From Candidatus Omnitrophota bacterium (GTDB lineage: Bacteria > Omnitrophota > Gorgyraeia > Zapsychrales > Zapsychraceae): a stretch of DNA of 64,000 nt. Below, piece by piece: positions 1 through 10,787 of the stretch (positions are counted from its first letter, which is position 1; the number at the start of each line of letters is the position of its first letter). Below the pieces are notes generated by a model. The model was not told the DNA's origin. It saw only the letters and a program-made list of their open reading frames with translations, and did no database searches. The stretch spans positions 77,430 through 141,429 of the forward strand of contig JAJDCB010000012.1 of assembly GCA_029261065.1 (NCBI GenBank), in the 5' to 3' direction. A program made the translations under genes and the position numbers.

Positions 1-1471
1 CAAATTCATAGTGCTCCTTAGCGGCGAGGAAATTTTGAGAAGCAAAATAGACATCTCCAAAATTGGTGTTAAACTGAGGTCCTTTTGCGCCAATTTCTTT
101 GCCCCTTTTTAAAACAACAAAGGCATCATGATATTGATCGCGTTCAATTAAAGCTGTCGCAAGATTATTATAGGGTCTTGTTTTATTGGGGGATTTTGAA
201 ACGTTATCAATCCAAAAGGTGACTTCATCATGGTAGATATAATTGCGTTGATACGTCAAGAAAGAGAATGCGATCAAAACGGTTATCGTGCTTATGTAAA
301 AGGCTCGATTATTTTTTATAAAATGAGATATGATACAAAATATTGCTATACAAAATCCTATTGAAGGTAAATACATGCGATGTTCAAAAATGACATGGGG
401 TATTGGAATAATACTTGATTCAACGAGAAGAGTTGTAAAAAACCAAAATGCACCAACTGCTAGAAGAGGCATTTTTTTATAATTTTTGAAGCTTATAAAA
501 ATAATCATTACTAATAACACAAAACTTAATAAGGTTGGTGCTTCTAAGAAACTATGTGAAATAGGAAAGTCATAATCAAATGTTTGTCCAAAGGGAAACA
601 GCAGTAAACTTATGTAATGAACGATAACTCGAAATTGTGTTAAGAGATAAGTGTAACTCGTTATAATATCGCCATCATGAGACCCTGAGACGAGTTGTCT
701 AAAAATAATTCTAGTCACATTAAATGAGAACAAAAGAGGAATAATCATGACGATGAAACTTAAAACGCTAACTAATAAAATTGTTTTATAGTTTTTTGTC
801 TTTTTAGGAGCATTTGTTTTTTCTTTGAGTAGAAAACATTCTATAAATATAATGACAAATGGCAAAGTAAAGGCGATTTCTTTTGTAAAGACGGCCATGA
901 GCGTGCTAATTAACATCAAGATAATGTAATGTTTTTTTGAGTGTGAATTTTCTGGAAGTAATCGAAATTTTAGATAGCAACACATTGATAGTAAATAAAA
1001 AAGTGTTGCTAGGGATGCAAAACGTTGACAGATGTAGGTTACGGCTTGTGTTTGTAAAGGGTGAACTAAAAACAAGAGTGCAATGCATAAAGGTAAATAT
1101 TTTTGCCTATCTGGATTATTTAGGTAGGACTTTTTTATACGTTGTGTAGCAAAAATAAGACGTACAAACCACCAAAGAAGAAGTGCGTTAATAATATGAA
1201 TGAAGGTATTTGTTATGTGATAGCCAAAGACATTCAGTTTATGGAAATGATAATTAAGAGCAAAGCTCATAAGCCCCACAAAACGTGATTTATAAAAATG
1301 CCATTTTCCTTTAATGTCGGCTAGGTTTTTAATATGTTCGTTTAAGACGATAAACGGCTTGTCATCGAATTGAAATTCGGAGTGAAACGAGTTGGAATAT
1401 ATGGCAAGCCCTAAACAAATGATGATTGCAGTTGCTATAAGTTTGAATTTAATTGTTAAAGGTTTAGTCAT
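1..1471 (-). CDS. TMTC-like multi-TM membrane protein with C-terminal TPRs (putative protein O-mannosyltransferase family); runs off left edge
   Basis: Read by eye from ATG at 1471: MTKPLTIKFKLIATAIIICLGLAIYSNSFHSEFQFDDKPFI..., later hydrophobic segments, EHRMYLPSIGF motif and TPR-like PYNNLATA; absent from ORF track because truncated. Confidence 0.75.
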   Translation of the reverse strand, partial: MTKPLTIKFKLIATAIIICLGLAIYSNSFHSEFQFDDKPFIVLNEHIKNLADIKGKWHFYKSRFVGLMSFALNYHFHKLNVFGYHITNTFIHIINALLLWWFVRLIFATQRIKKSYLNNPDRQKYLPLCIALLFLVHPLQTQAVTYICQRFASLATLFYLLSMCCYLKFRLLPENSHSKKHYIILMLISTLMAVFTKEIAFTLPFVIIFIECFLLKEKTNAPKKTKNYKTILLVSVLSFIVMIIPLLFSFNVTRIIFRQLVSGSHDGDIITSYTYLLTQFRVIVHYISLLLFPFGQTFDYDFPISHSFLEAPTLLSFVLLVMIIFISFKNYKKMPLLAVGAFWFFTTLLVESSIIPIPHVIFEHRMYLPSIGFCIAIFCIISHFIKNNRAFYISTITVLIAFSFLTYQRNYIYHDEVTFWIDNVSKSPNKTRPYNNLATALIERDQYHDAFVVLKRGKEIGAKGPQFNTNFGDVYFASQNFLAAKEHYEF

Positions 1472-1492
1472 AAATGTTTTAAATTGTTCGAA

Positions 1493-4009
1493 CTAAGGGG
1501 TGTTTTCTTTAATCCATTCGATACGTTCTTTAGCAAATTTTAGTTCATCTGTTTCAAATTTGATAACTTTTTTATAAACAATTCTGGCTTTATCCCACTC
1601 TTCTTTGTCTTCGAAAATGCGTGCAATACGTAGATAGGCTTTAACATTTAATTGTTTTTCTTCTGGATAAAGGTAAGGAATTTTTAAATACTCCTCCATG
1701 GAGCGTTTGGTATTGTTGATACTTTCATAGGTATCAGCAATGAGGAATTGAATTTCAGCATCTTTAATTTGGCTTAAACCAGTTTTAGATTTTAAGGCTT
1801 TACTATAAGATTCTATGACTTTAGTGTGTTGTTTAGTTGTTTTATGCACTTCAGCAATTTTTATATGGGCATCCCTCTTGAATTCTGGGGAAACCGTTAA
1901 GATATCTTCATATGTTGTAATGGCTGATTCAGGATCTAATTCTCTAGAAAAAATATCCGCTATAGCTAAGCGTGCTTTAGCAAATATTTCTCGGTCATTT
2001 TTTTCACTTACTCTTTTATACGCATCAATGGCTTTATCAAATTCACTCTGAGCTTCATATGTTTGTCCTAATTCAAAGAAGACAAGATCGATTTTTTCAC
2101 TTCCAGGAAATTGATGAATAAATTGTTTGTAGTAGGCTTCAGCCGCTTCAAACTCAGCTGATTGAAGATAGTGATCCCCTAACCAAATGAGGGCCTCTTG
2201 AGCAATGTCTGACTCAGGATATTTAAAAAGTAAAATTTTAAGTTTCTTTATAGCTTCTTTGGGGTCATCTAAATTATAAAGACATTTCGCGATATTTAAC
2301 TCTGCTAATTTAATGAGATTTGATTGAGTGGGAAAGCTACGCACAATTTTTTGAAAAGATTTTATGGCTGGCGTATAGTTATTTAAATTGAAATTGGATA
2401 AGCCTTGAATGTAATAACTTTCCGCTAAAAATTCTGAAGAGCCGGAATGCCCATCAATAAATTGATTAATGTATTCATTGGCAATATTCCATTCTTTTTT
2501 CTTAAAATAAGCAACGGAAAGATAATAATTAATATCATTGAGATATTTGCTTTCAGGAAAGTTGGCTTTTAGGCTTTGGAAGGATAACGTTGCTGTGTCT
2601 ATTTTGTCCATTTTAAGCAAGGCAATTCCTTGACGGTATTGAACATAATCAGTATAGGGGCTGTTTGAGTATTCTTTTAAAATGTCATCGTAGAATTCGA
2701 TTGATTTTTCTAACTCACCAGCATCTTGATAAGCATCTCCTATTTGGGTTAATGCACTAATTTTGACCACATCACTGTCGGTGCTATCTTTCACTGTTTG
2801 AAAAATGGTTACGGCTTGATCAATTTTTCCTGATTTTAAATGAGACCAGGCTAGTCCGAAATAAGCTTTCTCTAGGATATCGGTTGAATTTTGATCTTTG
2901 TTTTTATTGGCAGCAGTTAGTTTTATTTTTAAGAGTTCGATAAGTTCTTTGTAGGTTGTAATGGCATTAGAATATTTTTTTAACATATAATAAGTATTGG
3001 CCTTGCCAAGAAGAGATTCATGAATGCGTCGGCTATTAGGGAACAACTCTACAAGTTGCGTATAGGCATCAAGTGCTTTTTGCGGTTCACCCGTCTCGGT
3101 ATGCAAATTAGCTAATCCTAAAAAAACGTCATCAGATAAACTTCCCTTTTCTTGGGAGTAGGCCAGGGCTTCGTTAAAATGTTGCTCAGATAATTTGTAC
3201 TTTTGAAGTTTGAGATAGCTCCAGCCTAGACTCACCTTAGACATTAAAATGAGCTTACTATCATAAGCTTGATCGGCGGCTTTCGCATAAAAAGTTATGG
3301 CTTCCAAATAATTTTCGATGTTGTAGTGTGCTTCCCCGATGTAGAAATGTGCTTCAGATTGTTTAGTCGAATTTGGAAATCTTCTTAAGTAATCCTGAAA
3401 GTAAGCAATAGACTTATCAAAATCTTGGACATTAAATTCTGTTTCTCCTAATTTAAAAGCGGCATCTTCACTTAATTGATGAATGGGATAAGATTTTATG
3501 AGAGTTTTAAAGGTTTCACGGGCTTGTTTGTATTGTCCTTGGTCAAAATAAGCCCAACCAAGAGAATAATAAGCCTGAGGTGTATAAATAGAATCGGGAA
3601 AGAGTTCTATGAGTTGATTATAATGTTTTTGAGCATCTGCATAGTGAAAGCCTTTTAAATATGTCTCCCCTAACCAAAAAAGCGTGGCATCTTTGTATTC
3701 TTTGTGGACTAATAACTTTTCAAATACATCAAAAGCTTTTAGATATTGGCTTTGAAAGAAATAGCATTGGCCAAGAAGCAGGTTTGCTTTAATACGTTTA
3801 TCCGTTTGTGGGTACTCTTTGAGAAGTTGATCAATGTAGCGGATTGCTACATCATAGAATCCATCCTCAAATGCCTTTTGAGCCACAATAAAAAGGTCCT
3901 GATTGCTCATTTGGGCATAGCTTTTTTGGGTTGGCGGTAAGTTAAAAAAAACAATGAGGCCGATAAGTAATATTTTGATATAGGTGTTTTTTAGGAATGA
4001 CATCAGCAT
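1493..4009 (-). CDS. Large exported tetratricopeptide repeat protein (BamD/CpoB-like repeats)
   Basis: Signal-peptide-like N-terminus, repeated A.Y.LG..Y...FP.S TPR units over 838 aa. Confidence 0.85.
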   Translation of the reverse strand: MLMSFLKNTYIKILLIGLIVFFNLPPTQKSYAQMSNQDLFIVAQKAFEDGFYDVAIRYIDQLLKEYPQTDKRIKANLLLGQCYFFQSQYLKAFDVFEKLLVHKEYKDATLFWLGETYLKGFHYADAQKHYNQLIELFPDSIYTPQAYYSLGWAYFDQGQYKQARETFKTLIKSYPIHQLSEDAAFKLGETEFNVQDFDKSIAYFQDYLRRFPNSTKQSEAHFYIGEAHYNIENYLEAITFYAKAADQAYDSKLILMSKVSLGWSYLKLQKYKLSEQHFNEALAYSQEKGSLSDDVFLGLANLHTETGEPQKALDAYTQLVELFPNSRRIHESLLGKANTYYMLKKYSNAITTYKELIELLKIKLTAANKNKDQNSTDILEKAYFGLAWSHLKSGKIDQAVTIFQTVKDSTDSDVVKISALTQIGDAYQDAGELEKSIEFYDDILKEYSNSPYTDYVQYRQGIALLKMDKIDTATLSFQSLKANFPESKYLNDINYYLSVAYFKKKEWNIANEYINQFIDGHSGSSEFLAESYYIQGLSNFNLNNYTPAIKSFQKIVRSFPTQSNLIKLAELNIAKCLYNLDDPKEAIKKLKILLFKYPESDIAQEALIWLGDHYLQSAEFEAAEAYYKQFIHQFPGSEKIDLVFFELGQTYEAQSEFDKAIDAYKRVSEKNDREIFAKARLAIADIFSRELDPESAITTYEDILTVSPEFKRDAHIKIAEVHKTTKQHTKVIESYSKALKSKTGLSQIKDAEIQFLIADTYESINNTKRSMEEYLKIPYLYPEEKQLNVKAYLRIARIFEDKEEWDKARIVYKKVIKFETDELKFAKERIEWIKENTP

Positions 4010-4064
4010 ATTATAACAAAGATTTGTATGGGTTTTATAACGTTTTTAAATGAATAGATAGGTG

Positions 4065-6854
4065 TTAATTTAGCAAGGGTTTTAAGTATTTGCCTGTGTG
4101 AGATTTTTTGTGTTTGATGATTTCCTCAGGCGTTCCTGCAAAAACAAGCTCCCCTCCTTTATCTCCTCCATCAGGACCAAGATCAATCAGATAATCAGCA
4201 TTTTTGATGACTTCTAGGTTGTGTTCAATGACTAAAACGGTATTGCCTTTATCCACGAGGCGTTGTAACACAGAAAGAAGTTTTTCTACATCAGCGAAAT
4301 GGAGACCGGTTGTTGGTTCATCTAGGATGTAAAAAGTATTGCCTGTGGAGTGTTTGCATAGTTCGCTGGCTAATTTAACGCGTTGCGCCTCCCCTCCAGA
4401 TAATGTTGTTGCCTGTTGCCCTAAACGAATATAACCTAGGCCGACATCTTTTAAGGTTTTTAAAATTTTATTCACGCGGGGGATTTTATCAAAAAGCTCG
4501 ATGGCGTCTAAAACAGATAAATTCAACACATCACTAATGGTATGTCCTTTAAAGGCTACCTCTAACGTTTGTTCGGTAAAGCGTTTCCCATGGCAGATTT
4601 CGCATTCAACATAAACATCCGGTAAAAAATGCATTTCAATCTTTTTAATCCCATCCCCACGACAAGCTTCACAACGGCCTCCCTTTACATTGAAGCTAAA
4701 TCTTCCTGGTTTGTAGCCTCTCATTTTACTTTCTGGTAATTGGCAAAATAAATTTCTGACGTGGCTAAAGATTCCTGTGTATGTAGCGGGATTTGAACGT
4801 GGCGTTCGACCTATAGGGGATTGATCGACCTCAATTATTTTATCAATGTATTTAATCCCTATTATTTTCTTATGTTTTCCAGGCTTTTCTTTAGAGTGAT
4901 AGATTTTTTGAGCAAGAGCTTTGTAGAGGATTTCATCAACCAAAGTTGATTTTCCAGAGCCTGAGACGCCTGTTACGCAAACAAAACTTTTTAGAGGAAT
5001 AGTAATGTCGATATTTTTTAGATTATTTTCTTCGGCTCCTAGAATTTTTAAAATTTTATCTGCATGCATTTTTCTACGTGATGCTGGTAGCGGTATTGTT
5101 TTTCGACCGCTAAGGTACTGACCTGTTAAAGATTTTCGCGACTTTAAAAGTCCTGGCGTTGTACCAGCATAAATAATCTCCCCACCATACTCCCCTGCCC
5201 CTGGGCCTAAATCAATGACATAATCGGATTTTCGAATGGTATCTTCATCGTGTTCCACAACGATAAGAGAGTTTCCTAGATCTCTTAAATCATGAAGGGT
5301 TGCTAATAATCTTTCGTTATCTTTTTGATGAAGGCCAATGCTTGGTTCATCCAACACATAAACGACACCAACAAGGGCTGAGCCCACTTGCGTGGCTAAA
5401 CGAATACGTTCCGCCTCGCCACCTGAAAGCGTGCCGCTCTTGCGATTTAAAGTGAGATATTCTAGGCCAACATTGATGCAAAAATCTAAGCGACGGAGAA
5501 TTTCTTTAAGTATTTGTTCGCTGATCGTTTTATGATCTTTATTAAGTTTTATTGTGGAGAAGAATTTTTTAGCCTCTTTAATGGAATACTCTGTAACCTC
5601 GGCTATATTGCGTTGATTAATTTTGATAGCCAAAGCTTCTGGTTTTAATCGTGTTCCCCTACATTTGGGACATGGCAGGACAGACATGTAGCGTGTGATC
5701 TCCTCCCTTAACCAATCACTATCTGTATCTTTAAACATTCTCTCTAAATAATTAATAACCCCTTCATAAGGTTTACGCCATATTTCATCCGATGAACCAA
5801 AAAAGATAATTTTTTTAAACTTTTGAGACAGAGTATTAAAAGGGGCGTAAGCATCTTCTTCATAAAGTACGGCTAATTCGCGCATGACAGCGCGATAATA
5901 CATCAGATATCCACGCCTTCCCTTTTGGACTGGAGCAATCGCATTGACCCACGCTTTGGATGGATCTGGAACCAAAAGCTCTGGGTCGATTTCCATTTTA
6001 GTCCCTAAACCGTTACACACGACACAGGCCCCGTAGGGTGAATTAAAAGAAAAGGTTCTTGGTTCTATTTCGGATATATTGATCCCACAATCAACGCAGG
6101 CAAATTTTTCACTAAACATTTTTTCAGGTTTGGATTTATCAAATTCAACAATCAACAATCCTTGACCAACGCTAAGGGCGGTTTCAATTGAGTCCGTTAG
6201 GCGTTTTTTTATTGAAGGCTTCATTTTGAGTCGATCAACAACGACTTCGATATTATGAACTTTGTATTTATCTAGTTTGAGTTCTTCTGAAATTTCCTGA
6301 ATAGTACCGTCAACACGAATGCGTGCAAAGCCAGCTTTAGCAACCTGTTTTGTGATTTGACGATATTCGCCCTTTCGACCTTGAATGAGCGGAGCTAAAA
6401 CGGTTATGGGAGTGCCTTCTTTTTCTTTAGTGAGCTGAGAAACGATTTCTTGAGTTGATTGACGCTCAATTTTTTTGCCACATTTATGACAGTAGGGAAT
6501 TCCGATTCGAGCAAATAATAATCGAAGATAGTCAAAAAGTTCTGTTTGGGTGGCTACTGTTGAACGGGGATTACGACTGGTTGTTTTTTGTTCAATAGAT
6601 ATGGTTGGCGATAGGCCTTCAATGGACTCCACATCTGGTTTTTGGAGTTGTTCTAAGAATTGACGCGCATAGGCAGATAAACTTTCAACATAACGGCGTT
6701 GGCCTTCGGCATAGATTGTATCGAAGGCGAGAGATGATTTGCCAGAGCCGCTTAAACCTGTAATGACAACAAACTTATTGCGGGGAATTTTAAGCGAGAT
6801 GTTCTTTAGGTTGTGCTCTTTGGCTCCTCGAATTATGATGGCATCAGATTTCAC
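4065..6854 (-). CDS. uvrA: Excinuclease ABC subunit A
   Basis: [38 protein letters not shown], two ABC cassettes, zinc fingers. Confidence 0.99.
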   Translation of the reverse strand: MKSDAIIIRGAKEHNLKNISLKIPRNKFVVITGLSGSGKSSLAFDTIYAEGQRRYVESLSAYARQFLEQLQKPDVESIEGLSPTISIEQKTTSRNPRSTVATQTELFDYLRLLFARIGIPYCHKCGKKIERQSTQEIVSQLTKEKEGTPITVLAPLIQGRKGEYRQITKQVAKAGFARIRVDGTIQEISEELKLDKYKVHNIEVVVDRLKMKPSIKKRLTDSIETALSVGQGLLIVEFDKSKPEKMFSEKFACVDCGINISEIEPRTFSFNSPYGACVVCNGLGTKMEIDPELLVPDPSKAWVNAIAPVQKGRRGYLMYYRAVMRELAVLYEEDAYAPFNTLSQKFKKIIFFGSSDEIWRKPYEGVINYLERMFKDTDSDWLREEITRYMSVLPCPKCRGTRLKPEALAIKINQRNIAEVTEYSIKEAKKFFSTIKLNKDHKTISEQILKEILRRLDFCINVGLEYLTLNRKSGTLSGGEAERIRLATQVGSALVGVVYVLDEPSIGLHQKDNERLLATLHDLRDLGNSLIVVEHDEDTIRKSDYVIDLGPGAGEYGGEIIYAGTTPGLLKSRKSLTGQYLSGRKTIPLPASRRKMHADKILKILGAEENNLKNIDITIPLKSFVCVTGVSGSGKSTLVDEILYKALAQKIYHSKEKPGKHKKIIGIKYIDKIIEVDQSPIGRTPRSNPATYTGIFSHVRNLFCQLPESKMRGYKPGRFSFNVKGGRCEACRGDGIKKIEMHFLPDVYVECEICHGKRFTEQTLEVAFKGHTISDVLNLSVLDAIELFDKIPRVNKILKTLKDVGLGYIRLGQQATTLSGGEAQRVKLASELCKHSTGNTFYILDEPTTGLHFADVEKLLSVLQRLVDKGNTVLVIEHNLEVIKNADYLIDLGPDGGDKGGELVFAGTPEEIIKHKKSHTGKYLKPLLN

Positions 6855-6882
6855 GTATTATTTCCCAAAATCGTTTTAGTAC

Positions 6883-6922
6883 AAAACAGCCCTTGTAGGA
6901 TACGAAGGTACAAGGGCCGTTT
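6883..6922 (-). terminator. Probable intrinsic terminator after histone-like gene
   Basis: Minus strand GGCCCTTGTA...TACAAGGGCT followed by GTTTTG. Confidence 0.6.
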
Positions 6923-6944
6923 ATGCATTTTACCAAAAAAAGGC

Positions 6945-7355
6945 TTATTTTCTCTTTGCAGCCTTTTTCTTAGTTGCTTTTTTCTTTGCAGCTTTCTTCT
7001 TTGTTGCTTTCTTCTTTGTTGCTTTCTTCTTTGTTGCTTTCTTCTTTGTTGCTTTTTTCTTTGCTGCTTTTTTCTTTGTTGCTTTCTTCTTAGTTGTTTT
7101 CTTTTTAGCAGCTTTTTTCTTTGCTTTTCTTTTACCACCGCGAACCATCTTAGCGCAAGAGATGTCACCGTTTTTATCTATAAAGTAGAGAAACCCAGCT
7201 TCTTTTTTGATTCCAACCTTTGCTACTTTTTTAGGTTTTCCCCCTTTTTTATTTCCACGAGCCATCTGTGCACAAGAAATGTCGCCAGCTTTGTCTACGA
7301 AGTAAAGGTATCCCTTTTGCTTCTTGATTCCTACTTTAGCAACTTTCTTAGCCAT
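6945..7355 (-). CDS. Basic histone-H1-like protein: duplicated ~35-aa domain plus KKATK/KKAAK tail
   Basis: KKVAKVGIKK..G(Y/F)LYF(V/I)DK.GDISCA.M.RG occurs twice, then 15-nt pentapeptide repeats; RBS GGGGGTGA upstream. Confidence 0.8.
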   Translation of the reverse strand: MAKKVAKVGIKKQKGYLYFVDKAGDISCAQMARGNKKGGKPKKVAKVGIKKEAGFLYFIDKNGDISCAKMVRGGKRKAKKKAAKKKTTKKKATKKKAAKKKATKKKATKKKATKKKATKKKAAKKKATKKKAAKRK

Positions 7356-7405
7356 ATGCATTCACCCCCTTTCTTTCTATTTATAGTGTTAGTGATAATA
7401 ATAAT

Positions 7406-7429
7406 GTCATTCCTCCGGAAGCGGGAATC
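7406..7429. repeat. REP-like palindrome (GTCATTCCC..GGGAATC family), single copy
   Basis: GTCATTCCTCCGGAAGCGGGAATC. Confidence 0.75.
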
Positions 7430-7471
7430 TTAAAATAACGACACTATTACTTCTACTATATTTATTGCCCT

Positions 7472-8305
7472 TTAAGTTCCTATAAATATTCCCGTACAAT
7501 ATTGTTTTAACGTTTGTATCCCCGATAGTACGGCTAAATAACTTGTCTTCGGATTATCAGGGCAGACCAAATTTTCTGTGCGCGTCACCATTTTTCCAAA
7601 ATCCCCGACCATTTCTATTTCATGCGAATTGGTTTTAAAATGGGGAGAACATAATATGCGTACTTTAAGTTTATTTTTACATTGAGAGGCAAGAGCCACG
7701 GTCGCTGCTACATTAATATTCTGAGGGAAATATTTAACAGCGGATGCTACAGATCCGCTAAAAATTTCAGTTTCTTTTTTTATTTTGGAGATGTTTATTT
7801 TATTTTTTATAAAATAAGGACTGTCTTTTAGTCCGGATGGATTTTTTCGTGTGGTGAGTGTAATAGATTTGATGTTGACTAAACTGGCGGCTTTAATAGC
7901 ATCAATTCCAGCAATGGCGCCTGAGGGTAGTAGAATTTGGCAATTATTCTTTTTAGCCAATGTAAAAAGATTATCAGCATCTAGAAGTTTTCCAACGCTC
8001 ATGGCAAGGACGCTTCTTTTGGCTTTTAAGGCTTGTGCAATGATTTGTTTTGTATTATCGGCGTTAATCGCTTCGACCATACAGTCACAACTTTTTATCA
8101 AATCGTTGAGAGAAGTTTTTACGCTTTTTAAACTTTTAAGAGATTTAGCAAGTTTAAAAGCTTTCTCCTCGTGTATATCATAAAGCCCTGAAACATGGCA
8201 AAAATTCTTTAAATCTTTTTTTATACTGTCTGCAATCCGTGATCCAATCGCCCCGCATCCAACAATGCCGACTTTAAGCTGCACCCTTTTCTTTTTTTGC
8301 GTCAT
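7472..8305 (-). CDS. nadX: L-aspartate dehydrogenase
   Basis: GIVGCGAIG, PSGAIAGID, FPQNINVAA, NPKTSYLA. Confidence 0.93.
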   Translation of the reverse strand: MTQKKKRVQLKVGIVGCGAIGSRIADSIKKDLKNFCHVSGLYDIHEEKAFKLAKSLKSLKSVKTSLNDLIKSCDCMVEAINADNTKQIIAQALKAKRSVLAMSVGKLLDADNLFTLAKKNNCQILLPSGAIAGIDAIKAASLVNIKSITLTTRKNPSGLKDSPYFIKNKINISKIKKETEIFSGSVASAVKYFPQNINVAATVALASQCKNKLKVRILCSPHFKTNSHEIEMVGDFGKMVTRTENLVCPDNPKTSYLAVLSGIQTLKQYCTGIFIGT

Positions 8306-9150
8306 CGTGCGTTAAATATAATGTTATCAATCAAGCGTGTTTTACCAAAATAGGTAGCCAGCGCAATAATTGTTCGTCCATGTAAGTGTTTTATAGGCAT
8401 TAGTGTTTTTCCATCGATACAAGTAACATATTGTATGCTCGCTTTTGTGTTCTCGTTAATGATCTTTCGAATCAATGTTTCTAGTCGTTTTGGCTTTATT
8501 GTTGATTTTTGAGCCCGTTGTTTAGCCATTTTAAGCGATTTATAGAGATATATTGCTTCTTTGCGTTGTGTCTTTGAAAGATGAGCGTTTCTTGAACTCA
8601 TCGCAAGGCCATCTTTTTCCCGAATGGTTTCGCCTATTTTTATTTGAGTTGAAAAATTTAAATCCTGAACCATCCTCTTTATTACAAAAGCTTGTTGGAT
8701 GTCTTTTTGTCCAAGATACATTGTGTGCGGTTTAACTATATTTAGGAATTTTGCCACAACCGTTGCAACACCCTTAAAATGGTTTTTTCGAAATTGACCG
8801 CATAAATGCTTTGTTATATCTTCAACTTCAATATATGTCAAAAAGCCTGACGGATACATCTCTTTTATCGACGGATAAAATATTATATCAATATTTTCTT
8901 TTTTTGCCAATAAATCATCACTTTTTTTCTGACGAGGATATTTCTTAAAATCTTCATTTGGACCGAATTGTGTGGGGTTTACAAAAACGCTAACAATTGT
9001 TAAATCATTTTCTCGTCGAGATTTTCTCATTAAGGATAAATGTCCTTTATGAAAAGCGCCCATGGTTGGAACAAAGCCAATGGATTTATTTTTAGCTTTT
9101 TCTTTTTTTAAATGTTGCTGTAAGGATTTTGTGGAATTAAATATTTTCAT
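8302..9150 (-). CDS. panC: Pantoate--beta-alanine ligase
   Basis: GFVPTMGAFHKGH, VNPTQF, GQKD, DGLAMSSRN, RLIDN. Confidence 0.97.
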   Translation of the reverse strand: MKIFNSTKSLQQHLKKEKAKNKSIGFVPTMGAFHKGHLSLMRKSRRENDLTIVSVFVNPTQFGPNEDFKKYPRQKKSDDLLAKKENIDIIFYPSIKEMYPSGFLTYIEVEDITKHLCGQFRKNHFKGVATVVAKFLNIVKPHTMYLGQKDIQQAFVIKRMVQDLNFSTQIKIGETIREKDGLAMSSRNAHLSKTQRKEAIYLYKSLKMAKQRAQKSTIKPKRLETLIRKIINENTKASIQYVTCIDGKTLMPIKHLHGRTIIALATYFGKTRLIDNIIFNAR

Positions 9151-9571
9151 CGGCAAAATGAATGCTTTCTTCAGGTGCTATTTCGGCCAAAGGTTTAAGG
9201 ACAAATTCACGTTCTTTGATGCGTGGGTGAGGAATTTTTAAATTCGGTTCATTGATTGTTAATTGATCAAAAATTAGAATATCGATATCAATTGTGCGTG
9301 GACCATTTTCTATATTGCGCACACGATGCAATTGAGACTCAATTTGGTGGATCAAAGTTAATAATTCGTGTGGTGAGAATTGAGTTTCAATTTTTATCAC
9401 CCCATTAAGGAATAATCCTTGATGGGGAGGCCCACCGACAGGTTCGGTTTCTAAATAGGTGGATTGTTTGAGGAGATGACAGCCATTTTTTGAAAGGTGC
9501 ATTATGGCTGTATTTAAATAGTTCTGCCGATCGCCTAGATTTGAACCTAAACCCAAATAAACAATGGACAA
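9137..9571 (-). CDS. folK: 6-hydroxymethyl-7,8-dihydropterin pyrophosphokinase
   Basis: YLGLGSNLGDR, GPRTIDIDIL, PHPRIKEREFVL. Confidence 0.96.
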   Translation of the reverse strand: MSIVYLGLGSNLGDRQNYLNTAIMHLSKNGCHLLKQSTYLETEPVGGPPHQGLFLNGVIKIETQFSPHELLTLIHQIESQLHRVRNIENGPRTIDIDILIFDQLTINEPNLKIPHPRIKEREFVLKPLAEIAPEESIHFADENI

Positions 9572-9572
9572 T

Positions 9573-10760
9573 TTAGAGAACCTTTGCTAAACGCTCAACC
9601 GCTTGATTGATACGTTCTTTAGAAACGGTCAATGCCATGCGTACGTAGCCCTCTCCTGCTTCACCAAATCCGTTTCCGGGAGTGACAACGATATCGCTTT
9701 TATCTAAAAAGGCTTTGGATGTTTCCATGGAGCTTGAGAAGCCTTTAGGAATTTTGGCCCATACATAGAAAGCCGCTTTTGGAGGCGTAATTTTCCAGCC
9801 CAACCCGCGTAGTCCATTAATCAGATAATCTCGTCGATCTTGATATAGTTCACGCATCTCCTCTGTTACTTCAGGAGCACTTCTTAGAGCGACAATACCC
9901 GCTTTTTGAATGGCCGTAAAAATGCCAGAATCAAAATTGGATTTCACTTTAGCTAAAGCGGCTACAAGAGTAGGATTTCCACAGGCCCAACCGATTCTCC
10001 ATCCTGTCATGTAATAGGTTTTTGACAAAGAATGAAATTCAATAGCCACGTCTTTCGCCCCTTCAATTTCAAGAATACTGATTGGTTTTTCACCATCATA
10101 GTAAACTTCAGAATAAGCCATATCTGAGACAATGATAAACCCCTTCTCGCGAGCGCAGTTGACAAGTTCGGTATAAAATTCTTTAGTAGCTGTTGCTGAT
10201 GTTGGATTATTTGGATAATTGACCAAAACCATTTTAACATCTTTCATGGCCGCAATTTTAGAAACGTCTGGCAAAAATCCATTTCCTGCCTTTAAAGGAA
10301 CGTTGACAATTTTTCCTCCAGCAAATTGAATGGATGGTCGATAAGCAGGATAAGCAGGATCCGTTAAGACGACTTTATCTTTAGGATTAATAATTCCAAG
10401 AGGCAAATGAGCTATGCCTTCTTTTGATCCAATACAAGGATGAATTTCTGTTTCAACATCAAGGGCCACGTTAAAACGATTTTGAAACCAGTTAGCAATC
10501 TCTTCTCTTAATTCTAATAAGCCATTATCTAAGGCGTAGTGATGAGTGTCAGGATCTTGAGCGGCTTCTTTGAGGGCTTCGATGATGTGCGGATGCGTTG
10601 GGTAGTCAGGATCGCCAATACCTAAATTGATAACATCACGGCCTTGGGCCATGGCTGCACGTTTGGCGCGATCAATTTCGACAAAAAGATATGGTGGTAA
10701 TTCTTTAAGTCTGTCGGCGAATTCTATTGTAAAAGGATTTGATTCGGTGTTTGTACTCAT
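9573..10760 (-). CDS. dapL: LL-diaminopimelate aminotransferase (class I PLP)
   Basis: LPPYLF, GSKEG, NYPNNPT, SLSKTYYMTGWRIG; directly downstream of dapF-dapA-dapB. Confidence 0.85.
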   Translation of the reverse strand: MSTNTESNPFTIEFADRLKELPPYLFVEIDRAKRAAMAQGRDVINLGIGDPDYPTHPHIIEALKEAAQDPDTHHYALDNGLLELREEIANWFQNRFNVALDVETEIHPCIGSKEGIAHLPLGIINPKDKVVLTDPAYPAYRPSIQFAGGKIVNVPLKAGNGFLPDVSKIAAMKDVKMVLVNYPNNPTSATATKEFYTELVNCAREKGFIIVSDMAYSEVYYDGEKPISILEIEGAKDVAIEFHSLSKTYYMTGWRIGWACGNPTLVAALAKVKSNFDSGIFTAIQKAGIVALRSAPEVTEEMRELYQDRRDYLINGLRGLGWKITPPKAAFYVWAKIPKGFSSSMETSKAFLDKSDIVVTPGNGFGEAGEGYVRMALTVSKERINQAVERLAKVL

Positions 10761-10787
10761 GAAAGTGCTCCTTACGATACGTTACTA

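Noticed and set aside
906-1149. Small ORFs 906-1088 and 937-1149
   Set aside because: Lie within the long truncated TMTC-like gene
6960-7125. Tandem repeats as possible CRISPR array
   Set aside because: 15-nt coding repeats without spacers; no cas genes
6813-7433. Cys/Phe/Leu-rich ORF (+) and Arg/Gln-rich ORF 6851-7168 (-)
   Set aside because: Antisense and alternate-frame shadows of the KKATK repeat gene
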